DNA of 64,000 bases, from contig OX597826.1 of NCBI GenBank assembly GCA_951406725.2, positions 20,336,001-20,400,000 on the forward strand, given 5' to 3'. The notes beneath the pieces are model-generated. The model saw only the letters and a program-made list of their open reading frames with translations, searched no databases and was not told the DNA's origin. The position numbers were made by a program, and so were the translations under genes. Source of the stretch: Octopus vulgaris (lineage: Eukaryota). Shown in pieces: positions 36,722 through 52,816 of this stretch (positions within the stretch are counted from its first letter, which is position 1; the number at the start of each line of letters is the position of its first letter).

Positions 36722-39700
36722 CAGGTCACTTACGAGGCTCTCACAAGTGCTACTGGCAACATGGAATCCTTTTGCATGGTCGAGTTGTCGGCGACTAAAC
36801 CGCCCCCCCCAGGCTATCCTGGTGACGAGGGTTACTAGAAGCCCAGCAGGATTAAAAACAAGACCTGTTGAAAAGTCAGATGAACCTCGTGCAGGTTCAA
36901 CGCCCATCTAGCAGTAGCACGGGTACGCAGAAATTCCAGGATGGTGTCCGGCGTGCTAGAAGACCACTGGGAGTGAGGCACCCCTCAGCTTCTGTTGAAG
37001 CATGTCTCTAGGAGAAGGTCATTCTGATACAAACCCAGATATGCAGGGAATGGCATTGGACATTTTGGGGATTTTGGGTTTGTGCTAGAGATCACGGCGC
37101 TCCCACATTCCTGAGCCTGCGACTCATATTGGCACCAGACATCTTGCTCCGGCTTGTCTCTGGATAATGTCAATAAAGTGGAGAGGGTCTATGAGGTGTT
37201 GTGCAAGCCTTATTGGACCTAAAACTCTGCACAGGCATTGCTGACCTCTACTCGATATGTGCTGCTTTTCCCCCCCCCTATATATATTTATTTTATTTTT
37301 AGTATATATGTATCTTTATTTTTAGTATATATTTATTTTATTTTCATTTGGAAGTCCTGCGGCGGTGGGAAGGTGGCGAAGCAGGCAGACCTGACGGGTT
37401 GGAAGCATGTAGTCAGCAACGTGCACGTAGGCGGCCCATGCTAGATATAAAGTCGTCTGCCTGTTGCCCATGGCAGCAATAGGATTCGGTTGCTGCATGG
37501 GTGTCTGAGCAGCTCCATTTGGAGAGGGTACTGCTCACCCGGAGGCCGGGAAGGTTCTAGAAAAGGTAAACCAAAAATTGTCTGTCTCTCTATATCTGGT
37601 CAGTTTAGCGCGACTGACGGATGTCCACCTTGCGCTCGAAAAGCAAACAGACTTTTTCTACAAAATCTGGACTTTTTTCTACAAAATTCATGTTGGAATG
37701 TGCGCACTCTGTTAAATAACAAGAATTATTGTAGGCCTGAAAGACGCACTGCACTTGTTGCGCGCGAGCTGAATCGCTATTACATTGATGTAGCTGCACT
37801 TCCAAAGACTCGTATAGAAGATGATGGTCAGCTTGAGGAAGTAGGAGGTGGATACACCTTTTTTGGAAGAGGATGCAGGAGGAGCGTAGAGAGGCTGGTG
37901 TTGGCTTTGCAGTTCAATGTGATGTTCTTAAGAAGCTGGAGGAGCTTCTTGTTCCTATAAATGAACGTCTAATGACTCTACGATTGCATCTGAAAGGTGG
38001 GCGGTTTGCTACTCTAATAAGTGCCTATGCACCTACTTTGACTAGTTGTGATGAAGATAAAACTATATTTTATACCTAGCTGAGAGCCATACTTAAGAAA
38101 ATCTCCAATTCTGATAAAGTCATTCTACTGAAGGATTTCAATGCCAGGGTTGGAACAGACTGGCAGACATGGAACTTTCTAGGACGTTTTGGTGTAGGGA
38201 AAATAGCAATGGTCTCATGCTGCTGGAGCTATGCGATGAACATGGACTTTATATCGCAAGTACTCATTTTATGCACAAAAGAAATCACACAACAACGTGG
38301 ATGCATCCCAGGTCTAAAGTTTGGCACTTGCTGGATTATGTCATCATCCGCAAGCGTGACATCTATGACATTTGTAATGTCAAGTCCTTTCATGGATCGG
38401 AATACTGGACAGACCACATTCTGGTGCGAGCAAAGTTCCAGATGATGATTAGGGCGAAAGAGAGAAGAGGGCCAGTCGGCATTCCTCGGCGTCTGAATGT
38501 CCACAAGATATATGATGATGCGTTGAGGAAAGAGCTTCAGACTCGTTTGTCCAGCATCAAAAATACTACAGTATAGGAAGATTTTCGATACTAGGTTCTT
38601 CAATCTGCTGCTGAAATGTGCTGCTACCGCCAGACACAAAGACTGGTTTGATGAAAATGATGCTGAAGTTCCGCGACTATTGGCTGTAAAGTGCCATACC
38701 CACTATGTATTACTGCACAGAGGACTTTCAGCTGTGCAGCGAAATCTAGCGCTTCCCCACTATAGCAGTGTAAAATTATTACTGCAGCGATCTCTCAGGA
38801 AGATGCAGAACACGTAGTGGGAGGATCTTGCTCGTGATGTTCAGGCTGCTGCTGATGCAAATGACAGCAAGAAGCTTTACCATCTTATGAAGGGAGCTTA
38901 TGGACCTAAGAGTTCCACATCACCTCTTTTGCTTTCCAATGAGTCTTCCACTCTGTTTACTAAATCAACAGAAATCACAGGTCGCTGGATCGAACACTTC
39001 TCTGAACTCCTAAACCATGAGTCCGTTGTGGATGAAACAGTGACCGATACTATGCAACAAAGACCCATCATTGGCTCCTTGAATGAGATGATATTAATAG
39101 GTAAACTGAATCTTGATTGGGCACCAGGAAGGGATGGAATTTGTGCTGAGGTCTTGCAATTTGGTGGTGATTACATCATACAGTCTCTTCGTGAACTTAT
39201 TAGTGCAGTCTGGAGGGATGGTGCAATGCCTAAGGACTGGAAAGATGCAATTATTCTTCTCTACAAAGGAACAGGAGCCAGAACAATGTGTGGTAACTAC
39301 AGAGGTATTGCTCTACTATCAGCTGCTGGCAAGGTTCTGGCAAATAGTCTTCCTACCCACCTGAATAGGTGTCTCGTAAATGATGTCCTGTCTGAATCTA
39401 AATGTGGCTTCCGATCTGGTAGAGGGACAATGGATATGATTTTCACAGCAAGACAGATGCAGGAGAAGTGCTATGAGCAGAATATAGATCTTGTCCAGGT
39501 ATTCATAGATTTAACGAAGGCCTTCGATACTGTGAATAGGGCCTTGCTATGGAAAATACTTGGCAAACTTGGATGTCCGGATCACTTTGTATCTATAATT
39601 AAATCATTTCATGATGGGATGGAGGCTTGGGTCATTGTTGGTGGTGCCATGGCGGGACCCATTCCTGTAGAGAATGGTGTCAAGCAGGGTGACACCCTTG

Positions 39701-40686
39701 CCCCAACTCTCTTTTATTTGTACTTTGCTGCTGCTTTTATTCATACTTTTGCTAAGGTTAGCTCTCTGGGAATATTTGTCAAGTATCGATCTTTTGGTCA
39801 CCTCTTTAATCTGCACCGATTTGCAGCCAATTCAAAAGTTTTCCAGTCTCTTATTCGTGACCTCCTTTATGCAGATGACTGTGACTTAGTCACTCATACA
39901 GTGGATGACATGCAAATACTTATGAATCGTATTTCTGCTTCTTGCAAGGCATTTGGACTCAGCATTAGCCTGGACAAGACTGTTGTAATGTTCTAACCTG
40001 CACCAGGAAATCCAATACGTGGAACCAGCTATTTTGGTTGAAGGAACAATTCTTCAGTTTGTCTACCTGGGCAGCACACTCAGCCATTTTTGCTCCCTGG
40101 ATGATGAAATTTCTTTTAGGCTGCAGAGAGCTACTGATTCCTTCCGCTCTCTTCAGTTTCGTGTCTGGCCCCAGCATGGCATCACAAAGCAAACAAAAAT
40201 TGCTGTGTACCGTGCATGTGTACTGACATCGCTCCTTTACTCATGTGAGACGCGGACCCTTTACAAACGTCATGCAAGGGTCCTTGAACGCTTTCATCAG
40301 AGATGTCTGAGGCACATTCTGAATGTTGGCTTGACCTTAAAAACTCCAGACACACAGGCCCTGAGGACAGCCGATATCTTGAGTATTGAGGCGATGGTGC
40401 AAAAGCACCGGTTACGTTGGACTGGACACCTTATTAGAATGAAGGATAGCAGAATCTCTAAGCAGATGCTATATGGGGAACTTGTGAAGGGAAAGAGACC
40501 CCGGCAGAAACCAAGGCTGCGATTTAAGGACTGTGTCAAGTCCTCATTGAAGGCCTGTGATATGCAGGAGACTGACTGGAAGAGCAATGCCTGTCATTGC
40601 CACAGATGGAGGAAGCAGGTTAAGGAGGGGGTCGACACCTGAGGGTCAGCAATGGTCTTCCTCGGTCACGAATGCACGGCCATCAT
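36722..40686 (+). mobile_element. Near full-length RTE (BovB-like) LINE with APE and RT, inactivated by stops/frameshifts, embedded in (ATGT)n
   Basis: WNVRTL..RRTALVAREL, SAYAPT, DFNARVG, TWMHPRSK.WHLLDY (APE). NYRGIALL, GFRSGRGT.DMIF, FIDLTKAFD, GVKQGD, LLYADD (RT). (ATGT)n on both flanks. Confidence 0.95.
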
Positions 40687-42251
40687 GTATGTATGTATGA
40701 ATGTATGTATGTATGTGTGTGTGTGTGTGATTGTGTTCACGTGTGTGAGCGCACGTGTGTGTGTATTTATCTATGTATGTGTGTGCTGTAATTTTTCTAT
40801 GAGTTTCTCTCTAACTTTTCCAGACCCTTTTCCTTCCTTTATGATTGAGGCGAGATTTGGTTGCTATCTCTCACAGATCAAACAACTACACTATTTCTAA
40901 CTACGTTTAAGCTAACCCTGATCTATTAAATTTATGTTCAAAGGCAGTCCAATTGTGACCATCTGGTTTTTTTTCAGTATATCCTTTGAGACGATAATTT
41001 GAGGGAAATTAGGCTGTTATTTCTAATATGCTGAACGACCACAGAGTCCCTGAAGTTTAAAAGGAATGAAGCAAGAAGAAAATATCCGGCTGAGAAAACA
41101 TTTTATTTATCAAAGATTTAACAGAAATGTGACTGTGTTTGAAAAATGAGTTTAAACAAGAGTGCCAGTAGGTTTTTAGTTAAAAACAGTATTTTAATAG
41201 CCGTAGAAAATCTATCCATACTGTATATTAAATTGAGACAATGTCAGGATTTGAATTAGAAGCTCAGAGTTAATATTTCGTTCGAGTTTCGACATCAATC
41301 AAGGTGCAGTAGCCATCGTTTATACTTACGAGTTATTTCCCTTGTTCCATTACAAAACCTGGCATTCACCCTTCATTGTAATTTTGGATCTAGACGTCTT
41401 TTCGGGTGTCCCAATATTATTTAGAGTGGATACCAGATTCTCCTGGCAAGATGTATAATTTAATAGAGCCTGCATCCATTTATTTTGATGGTTAATTTAC
41501 TGGTTTCTTTTTTCTAATTATTTTTTAAAATTCGTTTTCTTGCAATCAAATACAAAAACGAAACATTCTTATTGTTCAATCTTTGGTTCCCTATAAACTG
41601 AACTCGTGACTTCAAATTGTTATCAGATCTTTTGAAGAATAAATAATGAGTTTGAAAATATAAATAATTTACAGATTTCAAATTACTGAGGTCACGGAAC
41701 CATTTAAAACATCAGCCTCAAGTAAAAAATTAGGAATTTAAAATATGATATTTATAGCTGGACAATATAATATCACGGTATTGACCAGACAATCGGATGT
41801 TGTTATATATCACTGGTCACAATGCACTTTGCAATGTTTTAGTTTTCAAATGATGTCACCTTAGTAATGGTTAGGGATGCGGACCAACATTCGCTTTGAT
41901 CGGAATACTGTTCTCTCGAAGGGTGGTCCATTTACAGGTGAATGCACTGGCGTAACGTGAAATGAATTGCTTTGCTCAAAGGCACAAAGAGCCACCCTGT
42001 CCGGGAATCGAACCCGAGATTCAACAATCGTGAGTGCAACACCACAACGACTAAGCCAGCGTCAGCATAATAAAACAGTGTAATATAAATACAATATTTT
42101 AAATTAGAAATTTAAAGGATAATATTATAAGCAGGAAAATAATTTGCTCTACATAGTTAAACTGTATGTATGTATGTATGTATGTATGTATGTATGTATG
42201 TATGTATGTATGTATGTATGTATGTATGTATGTATGTATGTATGTATCCAC

Positions 42252-42317
<66 letters not shown>

Positions 42318-42489
42318 ATTGGTATTATTATATTATATTATATCATATCAAAGAGAACGGTGTACTTTGAGATTCCTCCTCAACTGGGCGGTTCAGACAG
42401 TCGCGCAAAACTCAACTAAGGGTGAAACTTAGAGGAGAATGATAACTGTGATATACATACATACATATACCATATAGGGGTGTATATGG

Positions 42490-42521
<32 letters not shown>

Positions 42522-42551
42522 TGTATGTATGTATGTATGTATGTATGTATG

Positions 42552-42678
<127 letters not shown>

Positions 42679-42893
42679 AGGGCGGTGTCAGCCGGATGGC
42701 TGAAACAATAAAGAGTAAAAGATATATATATATATATATATATATGTGTGTCAGGAGGCATGAGAAGCGAATATATTTAACCGCTTGTCGTCCGTAGGAT
42801 TACGGTCGATTCGCAGCCTTCATCCTGAAATAATAATTTCATTGTATAATAAATTATGTTTACATGTCTACACTAACAGGCATTATACAATAA

Positions 42894-43092
42894 GGCGGCG
42901 AGCTGGCAGAAACGTTAGCACGCCGGGCGAAATGCTTAGCAGTATTTCGTCTGTCTTTATGTTTTGAGTTCAAATTCTGCCGAGGTCGACTTTGCGTTTC
43001 ATCCTTTCGAGGTCGATAAATTAAGTACCAGTTCCGTACTGGGGTCGATCTAATCGACTGGCTCCCTCTCCAAAATTTTCAGGCCTTGTGTC
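42894..43092 (+). mobile_element. tRNA-derived SINE with a Nin/Deu-type central domain (representative; many copies, e.g. 3210-3430, 5880-6090, 14920-15135, 52960-53160, 60430-60637, 61757-61987)
   Basis: ggcggcgagctggcagaa head, gagttcaaattc B box, tttcatcctttcgaggtcgataaattaagtaccag core. Confidence 0.85.
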
Positions 43093-43588
43093 ACACACAC
43101 ACACATAAAAGAAATTTAAAATGCACTGAGATTCGTTTTGATTGAAAATTTTTAAAGACTTAACCGGTTTCACAGATTTTTCTGATTTTCAAAGGTTGAG
43201 GATAGAAAGACGTGGAACTATGCTGCGACTGTCTTGCTTCTGACTGGAGTTCAAAAATTCTTTCGTTTCTATAGACAGAACATGGCTCAAGTTAGTATCT
43301 ATTTTGGACATACATACATACCTACCTACCTACATACCTACCTACCTACTTACCTACATAGATACATACATACATGCATACCTAACTACGTACGTACCTA
43401 CATACATACATACATACATACATACATACATACATACATACATACATAAATGAAGAGTAGATAGACAGCCGACAACTGATGAAGGCTCGTTTCTCTGTGT
43501 TTACTTGTCCTGTTCTCCATTTGTTTTCTCGTTGTTTATGTATTTCATGTTGTTTGAACCGTTGGTGATGTCCTGTACCCATCTATGC

Positions 43589-43644
<56 letters not shown>

Positions 43645-43647
43645 ATG

Positions 43648-43785
<138 letters not shown>

Positions 43786-43786
43786 C

Positions 43787-43860
<74 letters not shown>

Positions 43861-44239
43861 CTATGAATTAATCTTTGTCTTCATAAAGGCTAGCAGTAAG
43901 AATATTTTATTTCCTCAAGTAGATAAAGATGAATCAGAAAACAGCGTGATTAGTTTTCCTTTTTTTTTTTTTATCTTAGTCAACGATCAACACCTATCTT
44001 AGTAGTTACAGTAGTTTAGCCCCCGGTTGATCCTGATTTAGCTGATCTGTGATAAACGGTGTTCCACTCATGACCATCACATCATATTTTTCAGGCACAG
44101 TATATTTAGGATTTCGCTATCTGTTACGTTCTTCTTGTTTGAAATGGAAGGACAGACGGTCACGAGCAAATTTTTTCGTACTCAAACTCCATCAGAACTC
44201 AAGTAAAAATAGTCCAGTACACTTTTAGCACAAAGGGCG

Positions 44240-44833
<594 letters not shown>

Positions 44834-45368
44834 CAAACAATTATTAGATACAAATTTATTAATTGAAATTTACGAAAATTTTAGATTTAGAATCTCAATT
44901 TATATTTTTGACATTTCAAAAAATATAGTTTAAATATTTTAGCGGCACCATAGCTCCACCTTGAGACATACCTAGCTACTTCTTGTTGTATACCATATGG
45001 GAAATAGACAGCATAGTATGGTTTGAGAGGAATTTACTTCCTATTTCTAGCAAGTCAAGTGACACTTAGCGAGTCTTCCCTGTGATTTGCAATTAAATTT
45101 GTAACTATAAACAACATTATTTAATTTAACTGTAATTTTTACTTGTTCCAGTCTTTGGATTACGACTATGCAAGGGGAATACTTTGAAGGGTTTCTGTCG
45201 AACAAACCAATTCCAGTATCTATTTTTTAAAGTACTATTCTATCGATTGCTTGTGCTGAAGAGCTAAGTTGTAGGAACATAATAAACAAACCAACAGCGG
45301 CTGTGAAGCGGTGAAGTGGGAACAAATACAAACTCATTATATATATATATATATATACAGACTATACA

Positions 45369-45443
<75 letters not shown>

Positions 45444-45601
45444 AGGAGAGGTAATGGTGTCAATAAAACCCAAAAGTGTCAGGTAATGCTGAGTAAGTGC
45501 TATGGGCAGACCATAGTTAAGCTCCAGGTTCGGCGATTATGCGAATAAGGAGTCCAACGTAGGTCAGATATCAGCGTGTGTATGTACAAAAAAATTTTTT
45601 T

Positions 45602-46025
45602 TTCAGAATGAGACAGAAAACCAAGGCTGCGAAGATTTTGGAACATTTATAAATAGGACTTACAGCTGTTTCTAGGATATTTATTATATCCCTTCATCGG
45701 AGACGGTGTGAGAAAATGGTTAAGCAATAGTTAATTTAGGTAAGATATGAAATAGAGAGTGAGTGAAATAGATGTGAGATATGCAGGGATATCGCATTTG
45801 TAATGGATCTACAAATGCAATATCCCTGCATATCTCACATCTCTTTTCATTCCTCTACTTCACTCTCTATTTCAAATCTCAACTAAATTAACTATTGCTT
45901 AACCATTTTCTCACACCGTCTCCGATGAAGGGAGATATAATAAATATCCCGGAAAAAGCTGTAAGACCTATTTATAAATGTTCTAAAATCTTCACAGCCT
46001 TGGTTTTTTTTTTATCTCAATTTGA
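45602..46025. mobile_element. About 420-bp palindrome of two inverted pLTR-like arms, each with a hammerhead-like core
   Basis: Arms mirror around 45803-45809. gtctCCGATGAagggatat..atatcctaGAAAcagctgTA at 45657-45704 (minus) and a variant at 45918-45967 (plus). Confidence 0.85.
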
Positions 46026-46102
<77 letters not shown>

Positions 46103-46237
46103 CTATACTTACCAACCACATGGTTCCGGGTTCAATCCCACTGCGTGACACCTTGCGCAGGTGTCTTCTACCGTAGCCTCGGGTAGACCAAAGCCTTATG
46201 AGTGGATTTGGTAGACGGAAACTGAAAGAAGCCCGTC

Positions 46238-46303
<66 letters not shown>

Positions 46304-48282
46304 CTTTGTCTCCTCACCATCGCTTGACAACCGATGTTGGTGTATTTACGTCCCAGCAATCTGGCGGTTCGGCAAAAGACCGATAGAATTAGTACTTGAC
46401 ACAAGACCAGCAGTTTGGGTGTTCAACTGGTCCTTATTTTATCGACCCCGAAAAATGGAAGGCAAAGTCAGCCTTAGCGGAATTTGAACGCAGAACATAA
46501 AGTCGGACAAAATGAAGCTAAGCATTTTGTCCGGCGTGCTAATGATTCTGCTAGGGCTCTGCCTTCATTGGTTTTAATATTGAAACGAGAAAGAATTAGT
46601 TTAAATTCTTCAACAGCGCTTCATTCCATCTTTGGTGTTCTGAGATCAAATCTCAACAGCACCGATTTTTCTTCCGTTTCATTTTACAGGAGTTGGTGGA
46701 ATAAATACCAGTTATAAACTCAGGATCAATCCAACCTGCCACTCCATGTTTTATTTGTTTATTCTTTTACATCACACTGACCCATCCGCGACCATCATGT
46801 TTGCTCTCTTTCTTTGTTTTTAGAGGATGTAAATAGGGGGTCGGGTGTAGTTTCGTGTAGCCTTCGTTGGAAGAAAGCGAACATCGTGTATAGCCTACCT
46901 GACGATTCTCTCACAGCCACTTTATTTGTCGACCCTGGAATGATGAAAAGCAAAGTCGACTTTAGCGAGATTTGAACTCAGAACGTTCAGAGTCGGAACA
47001 AACACGGCAAGGTATTGTATTCAGCGTTTTAACGACTCTTCTGCCAATTCGCCGCCTCTTCCTCAATACAAATGAAATTTTAATTAAAACATTGTTTTTT
47101 GTTTTATCTCACGACATTAACTATGGCAGCCCTCACTTAGCTGTATATCTTTCTCACAGAAGGGACCCCTGGGATAATTCTCCCCCGCTCCTCGCAAATA
47201 ACATTATTTAGACTAATTAGTCTCATACCTCAACATTCTGTGTTCAAAACCCATCGGAGTCTACTTTGTCTTTTATCGATTCAGGGTCAATAAATTTATA
47301 ATCAATTGATTTGATCGATTATGTATATAATCAATAAAAAAATTTATATCGAATATAACGTAAAGAATAATTATAGTTCTGAGATGTATTTAGTCATTTT
47401 GTTAATAAGCATGGATGTGTGGTTAAATGGCTCGCTTTGCATCTTCATGGTTTAGGTTTCAAACCCCCTTAGATCGACTAATGTCTTGGGGTGAAATTTG
47501 GCCGATGGTAAAAATATGAAATAAAAACCGATGGAAAAATCATCTGGTGTTCTTCGGTGGCTGACTTAAGCCGTTCCTCGTCTGGTCAAACATCACCACT
47601 TGATCCTTGGCTATCTTTGGTAGAGTTCACTCTATTGTAAACATTAGGACCCAGTTGCTGTTCCGAGAGGAAACACCTCACACCCTCCCTCTTACCAGTT
47701 TTGCAAACTCTGAAAAGAGTATAAAAACTAAAAGTTTAAACAAAACATTGGTTTCTAACACTCACAGAAAATTACGAATTATTGGGGATGACCGGTGTCG
47801 ACTTAACTGGACCCAGTATATGACTTGTGAAAGTGCCAGGTTTAGTGGTTAAGGGGTTGCCCTCACAATCGTGAACTGTGTTGTTGAGCAAAACGCTTCA
47901 TTTCTCGTTGCTCCAGTCTACTCAGCTGTAAACGGGTTACACCCTACAACGGATCGGCGCTCCGTTCAGGCGGAATGCTGGGTCCTAGGTCACTTATACG
48001 CCATGGAAATCAGGTAAGCAGCCCCATGAGTTCTGGGAGTCAAGACAGTAATGTCTAGGGGACTTAATATATGACTGTATTTGATTTCATCAACCAAAGA
48101 AGGACGAAAAACAAACTAAGGCGGGGATTTAAATACAAAATGTAAGGTTAACCGATGCTCTACCGATTCGAGCAACCCTCTGTGGGATTTGAATATCACT
48201 GCATATTTTGGTTAACTTGGTACCGATTCTGTGAATCTGTTATCTTTAGTAAAATAAAGATTCCTAACAAAGACAGACCTCA

Positions 48283-48343
<61 letters not shown>

Positions 48344-48825
48344 TGTGGGTGGTGGGTGATGGTGAAAGGTTATCAACGATTATGCTTGCCGCGGTATATA
48401 ACAGGTATTTCATTTTACTGGTTCCTCAAATGGTAAAAGGTAAAGTTGACCTAGGCGTGATTTGAACTCGAAACATAAAGAACCATGATTAAAACTGCTC
48501 GGAGTATAATAAATATTTAGGGAAAAATTTACCAGAGAATAGAGAAAAGAAAAATACAGCAGAATAGCGGAATGGGAGATTAAGAATTAAAGGGAAAGGA
48601 ATGTGTGTGTGTGTGTGTGTATGCGCGCGCGCAAGTATATGCACCAAACACATCATCTGTTTATCTATATATGTATGTATGGACATACATATTGTGCACG
48701 CGTGTGTGAGGGTAGATTCGCTTAAAAAAACAGGCACGTGTGTGTGTATGTGTGTGTGCGAAAGTGCGCGGGTGTGTGTTTGCGTGTGTGTGCGTGTATG
48801 TGTGCGTGCGTGAGTGTGCGTGTGC

Positions 48826-48881
<56 letters not shown>

Positions 48882-48978
48882 GCACGTGCGTCTTTACATG
48901 ATATACTTCAAAGAACTGTTTCGCAATCAGACACGCGCAAAGCAAACAGACACGCACACATATACACCCACCTATTTC

Positions 48979-49077
<99 letters not shown>

Positions 49078-49417
49078 TTATCTATCTATCTATCTATTTA
49101 TTCATCTGTCTGTCTGTCTTCTGTCTTTGCATATATGCATACAAATATATGCACGCGCGTGCACGCACTCACGCATGCACACACATATACCCACACACAC
49201 GCACACACACACACACACACACAATCGGTAGTAAGTCTATATGTATTCCAGAAGGGTCGTGGATCGAAACCTGCATTAGCTTTAGACCTTTTACCGTCCA
49301 AAGGACTTTTAATCCAATGTATATCACCAGCTGTCATTTTTAGCTCAGACGCACCGAAATACATCGCTCATATGTATACATAGGTACACACACACACACA
49401 CACACACATGCATATCC

Positions 49418-49477
<60 letters not shown>

Positions 49478-49478
49478 G

Positions 49479-49513
<35 letters not shown>

Positions 49514-49681
49514 ATGTGTCTGTGTCAGTGCATCTTTGTCGCCCACCACTGCTTGACAACACCACTCTTGGTTTAAGTCCCTGTAACTTAGCAGTTCGGT
49601 TAATAGGGCAATAGAATAAGTACTAAGCTTGAAAGTGTATTAGGGTCAATTAGTTCGAATAAACATTCTTACGTATATATA

Positions 49682-49804
<123 letters not shown>

Positions 49805-49807
49805 ATG

Positions 49808-49841
<34 letters not shown>

Positions 49842-50225
49842 TGTATGTATGTATGTATGTATGTATGTATGTATATATATATATATATATATATACAAAA
49901 TGGGACAAGAACGCAAATCATCCGGACAGTTAGGTGGTTCCAAAAATGGACAACAAAACATCAAAACATAGACGATATATATATATATATATATAACGGA
50001 AAGCTTTATGAAAATAAACAAAAGACGAAGGCGGGTGGAATACAAACAAACAATTGTATTAGTATGGCGCTCAGGAATATAAATAAAACAAGTCTTTTAC
50101 GTTTCGAGCCTACGCTCTTCAACAGAAAGATACACAGAAAAGAAATATGGAAAGAAACAAGGAGAGAAAAAAAATATATATATATATAAAAAATATATAT
50201 ATATATATATATATATATACACGTA

Positions 50226-50282
<57 letters not shown>

Positions 50283-50422
50283 GTATACGTTTTCTATAAT
50301 ATACATACATATAAGAGAGATGACCACTTCAGATTTTAATAAGCTAGACCACTGGTTTTAAGTTGATATTAATCAAATTAATATTTATTTTTTCATCCTT
50401 ATTATTTTAAATCAGCTTCCTT

Positions 50423-50503
50423 AGCTTACAGTTGTTTCTGCTATAAGATGCTATTCAGTCAGAGCTGAGTACTTGTGCATTCCCTTAGAGCTTCATCGGA
50501 ACT
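50423..50503 (-). ncRNA. Hammerhead-like motif with CCGAUGA core and extended stem II
   Basis: aguu-CCGAUGA-a-gcucuaag..cuuauagc-a-GAAA-caacug-UA-agcu. Confidence 0.55.
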
Positions 50504-50529
50504 GTTGAAATTATGATTGCGTAATTCCT

Positions 50530-50620
<91 letters not shown>

Positions 50621-51479
50621 TATATATTTAAAACAGTCTTTTTCCATATAAACATATCAATGTATATAACAAAACCGTTTACATCAACACACCTCACACC
50701 CACAACCGACAACGTGTACATTCGTGCATAGACCACGTAACCTCACACTTCCTTTATCACAACAACCAATAATAATCAGGTTTTACACCTTTTAAATATG
50801 ACTGCAGAATTTATAACTAGAATTTTATGAATAAATTATGTCTTAATATATAAGGGTGAAATGAAGGTGAGAAATTGGTGGCATCGTCAGAGCGTTTTGC
50901 AGTATTTAATTTTATCCTCTTATGCTCTGCACTCAAGTTTGGCCGTGGGTAACTCTACCTTCTTCCTTTCGAGGTCGAAAATTGAAATACGTGTCGATAT
51001 AACCGACTAAACCCTTCATCAAAAGATTGAGGTTTTTGCTTGCGTAAGAGATCAATATGTAAATGTAGAATGATAAAAACTTTTTGCGACATTGTCTGAT
51101 GAGCCATGTAATGGCGAAACTTTTAGTTGCAATTGCGAATATGTAATAATGAAATACATTATTAACCTCAGTATACATTGTTTGCTCTATTATTACTTCA
51201 AATCCGAAGACTGTGCATGTGTGTGTGAGTGTGAGTGTGTGTGCATATATGTATGTGTATGTATGTATGTATCTTTCTATATATATATGTATATATATGT
51301 GTGTGTGTGTTAACGAACTAAAACGAATGGACATGACGATAGAGGAACATCGTTATATTATAGGAACCACTTCGTCCGGAAGCAGATTGGGTTTGTGATA
51401 GTAACACAGCAGTAAACGGCCTAGTGTTGTCTCATCATCCGCGAGAACGAAAAATAGCGTCATAAGAGGGTTTATGACT

Positions 51480-51553
<74 letters not shown>

Positions 51554-52014
51554 TGTTCGCAATGGTGTACACAGACTTTTGTTCAAAAGGGTTTTTCAAC
51601 CCAATATTCCGATGCTGTTATGTATAGCTTTCTAAAAAGAAAAAAAGAATAGAATTCCATGTTCTTTCGGAAGTTTATGAATCATCGTGGCGTCAATATT
51701 GTAAATATATCTTTATAAATATGTATATAAACCAACACACACACGCACGCACACATGCGCGTACGCACACATGCGCGTACGCACTCACGCACACACACAC
51801 ACACACACACACACAAATACACACACACACACATTTAGGTGCAGGTGACACTGTGTAGTAAGAAGCTTGCTTCCCAACCACATGGTTCCTGTTTCAGTGC
51901 CATTGTGCGGCACCTGCTGTAAGTCCCTTCTATTATAGCTTCGGGCCGAATACAGACTTGTTAGTGAATTTGGTAGCCGGAAACTGAAGGAAGCATATTG
52001 TATACATACATACA

Positions 52015-52046
<32 letters not shown>

Positions 52047-52073
52047 CATACATATATACATACATACATACAT

Positions 52074-52239
<166 letters not shown>

Positions 52240-52674
52240 CATATATATATATATATTACTCTTACTCTTTACTCTTTTACTTGTTTCAGTCATTTGACTG
52301 CGGCCATGCTGGAGCACCGCCTTTAGTCGAGCAACTCGACCCCAGGACTTATTCCTTTTGTAAGCCCAGTACTTATTCTATCGGTCTCTTTTTGCCGAAC
52401 CGCTAAGTAACGGGGACATAAACACACCAGCATCGGTTGTCAAGCAATGTCAGGGGTACAAACACAGACACACAAACACACACACGCATATATATATATA
52501 TACATATATATGACGGGCTTCTTTTCAGTTTCCGTCTACCAAATCCACTCACAAGGCTTTGGTCGGCCCGAGGCTATAGTAGAAGACACTTGCCCAAGGT
52601 GCCACGCAGTGGGACTGAACCCGGAACCATGTGGCTGGTAAACAAGCTACTTACCACACAGCCACTCCTGCGCC

Positions 52675-52816
<142 letters not shown>

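Noticed and set aside
38887-39996. 369-aa RT ORF as an active or domesticated gene
   Set aside because: It is one piece of a frameshifted RTE ORF with stops upstream and downstream.
41330-41469. Minus-strand exon with a GTAAGT donor
   Set aside because: Stops in all three frames, the acceptor lacks a pyrimidine tract, and nothing links it to other exons.
43465-43590. CTGATGA-containing modules here and at 53890 and 63423 as hammerheads
   Set aside because: Probably pLTR-related, but no GAAA/stem arrangement could be completed, so they were not counted as ribozymes.
47585-47709. Strong minus-strand acceptor followed by a 40-codon frame
   Set aside because: No recognisable protein and no partner exon; cannot be supported without RNA data.
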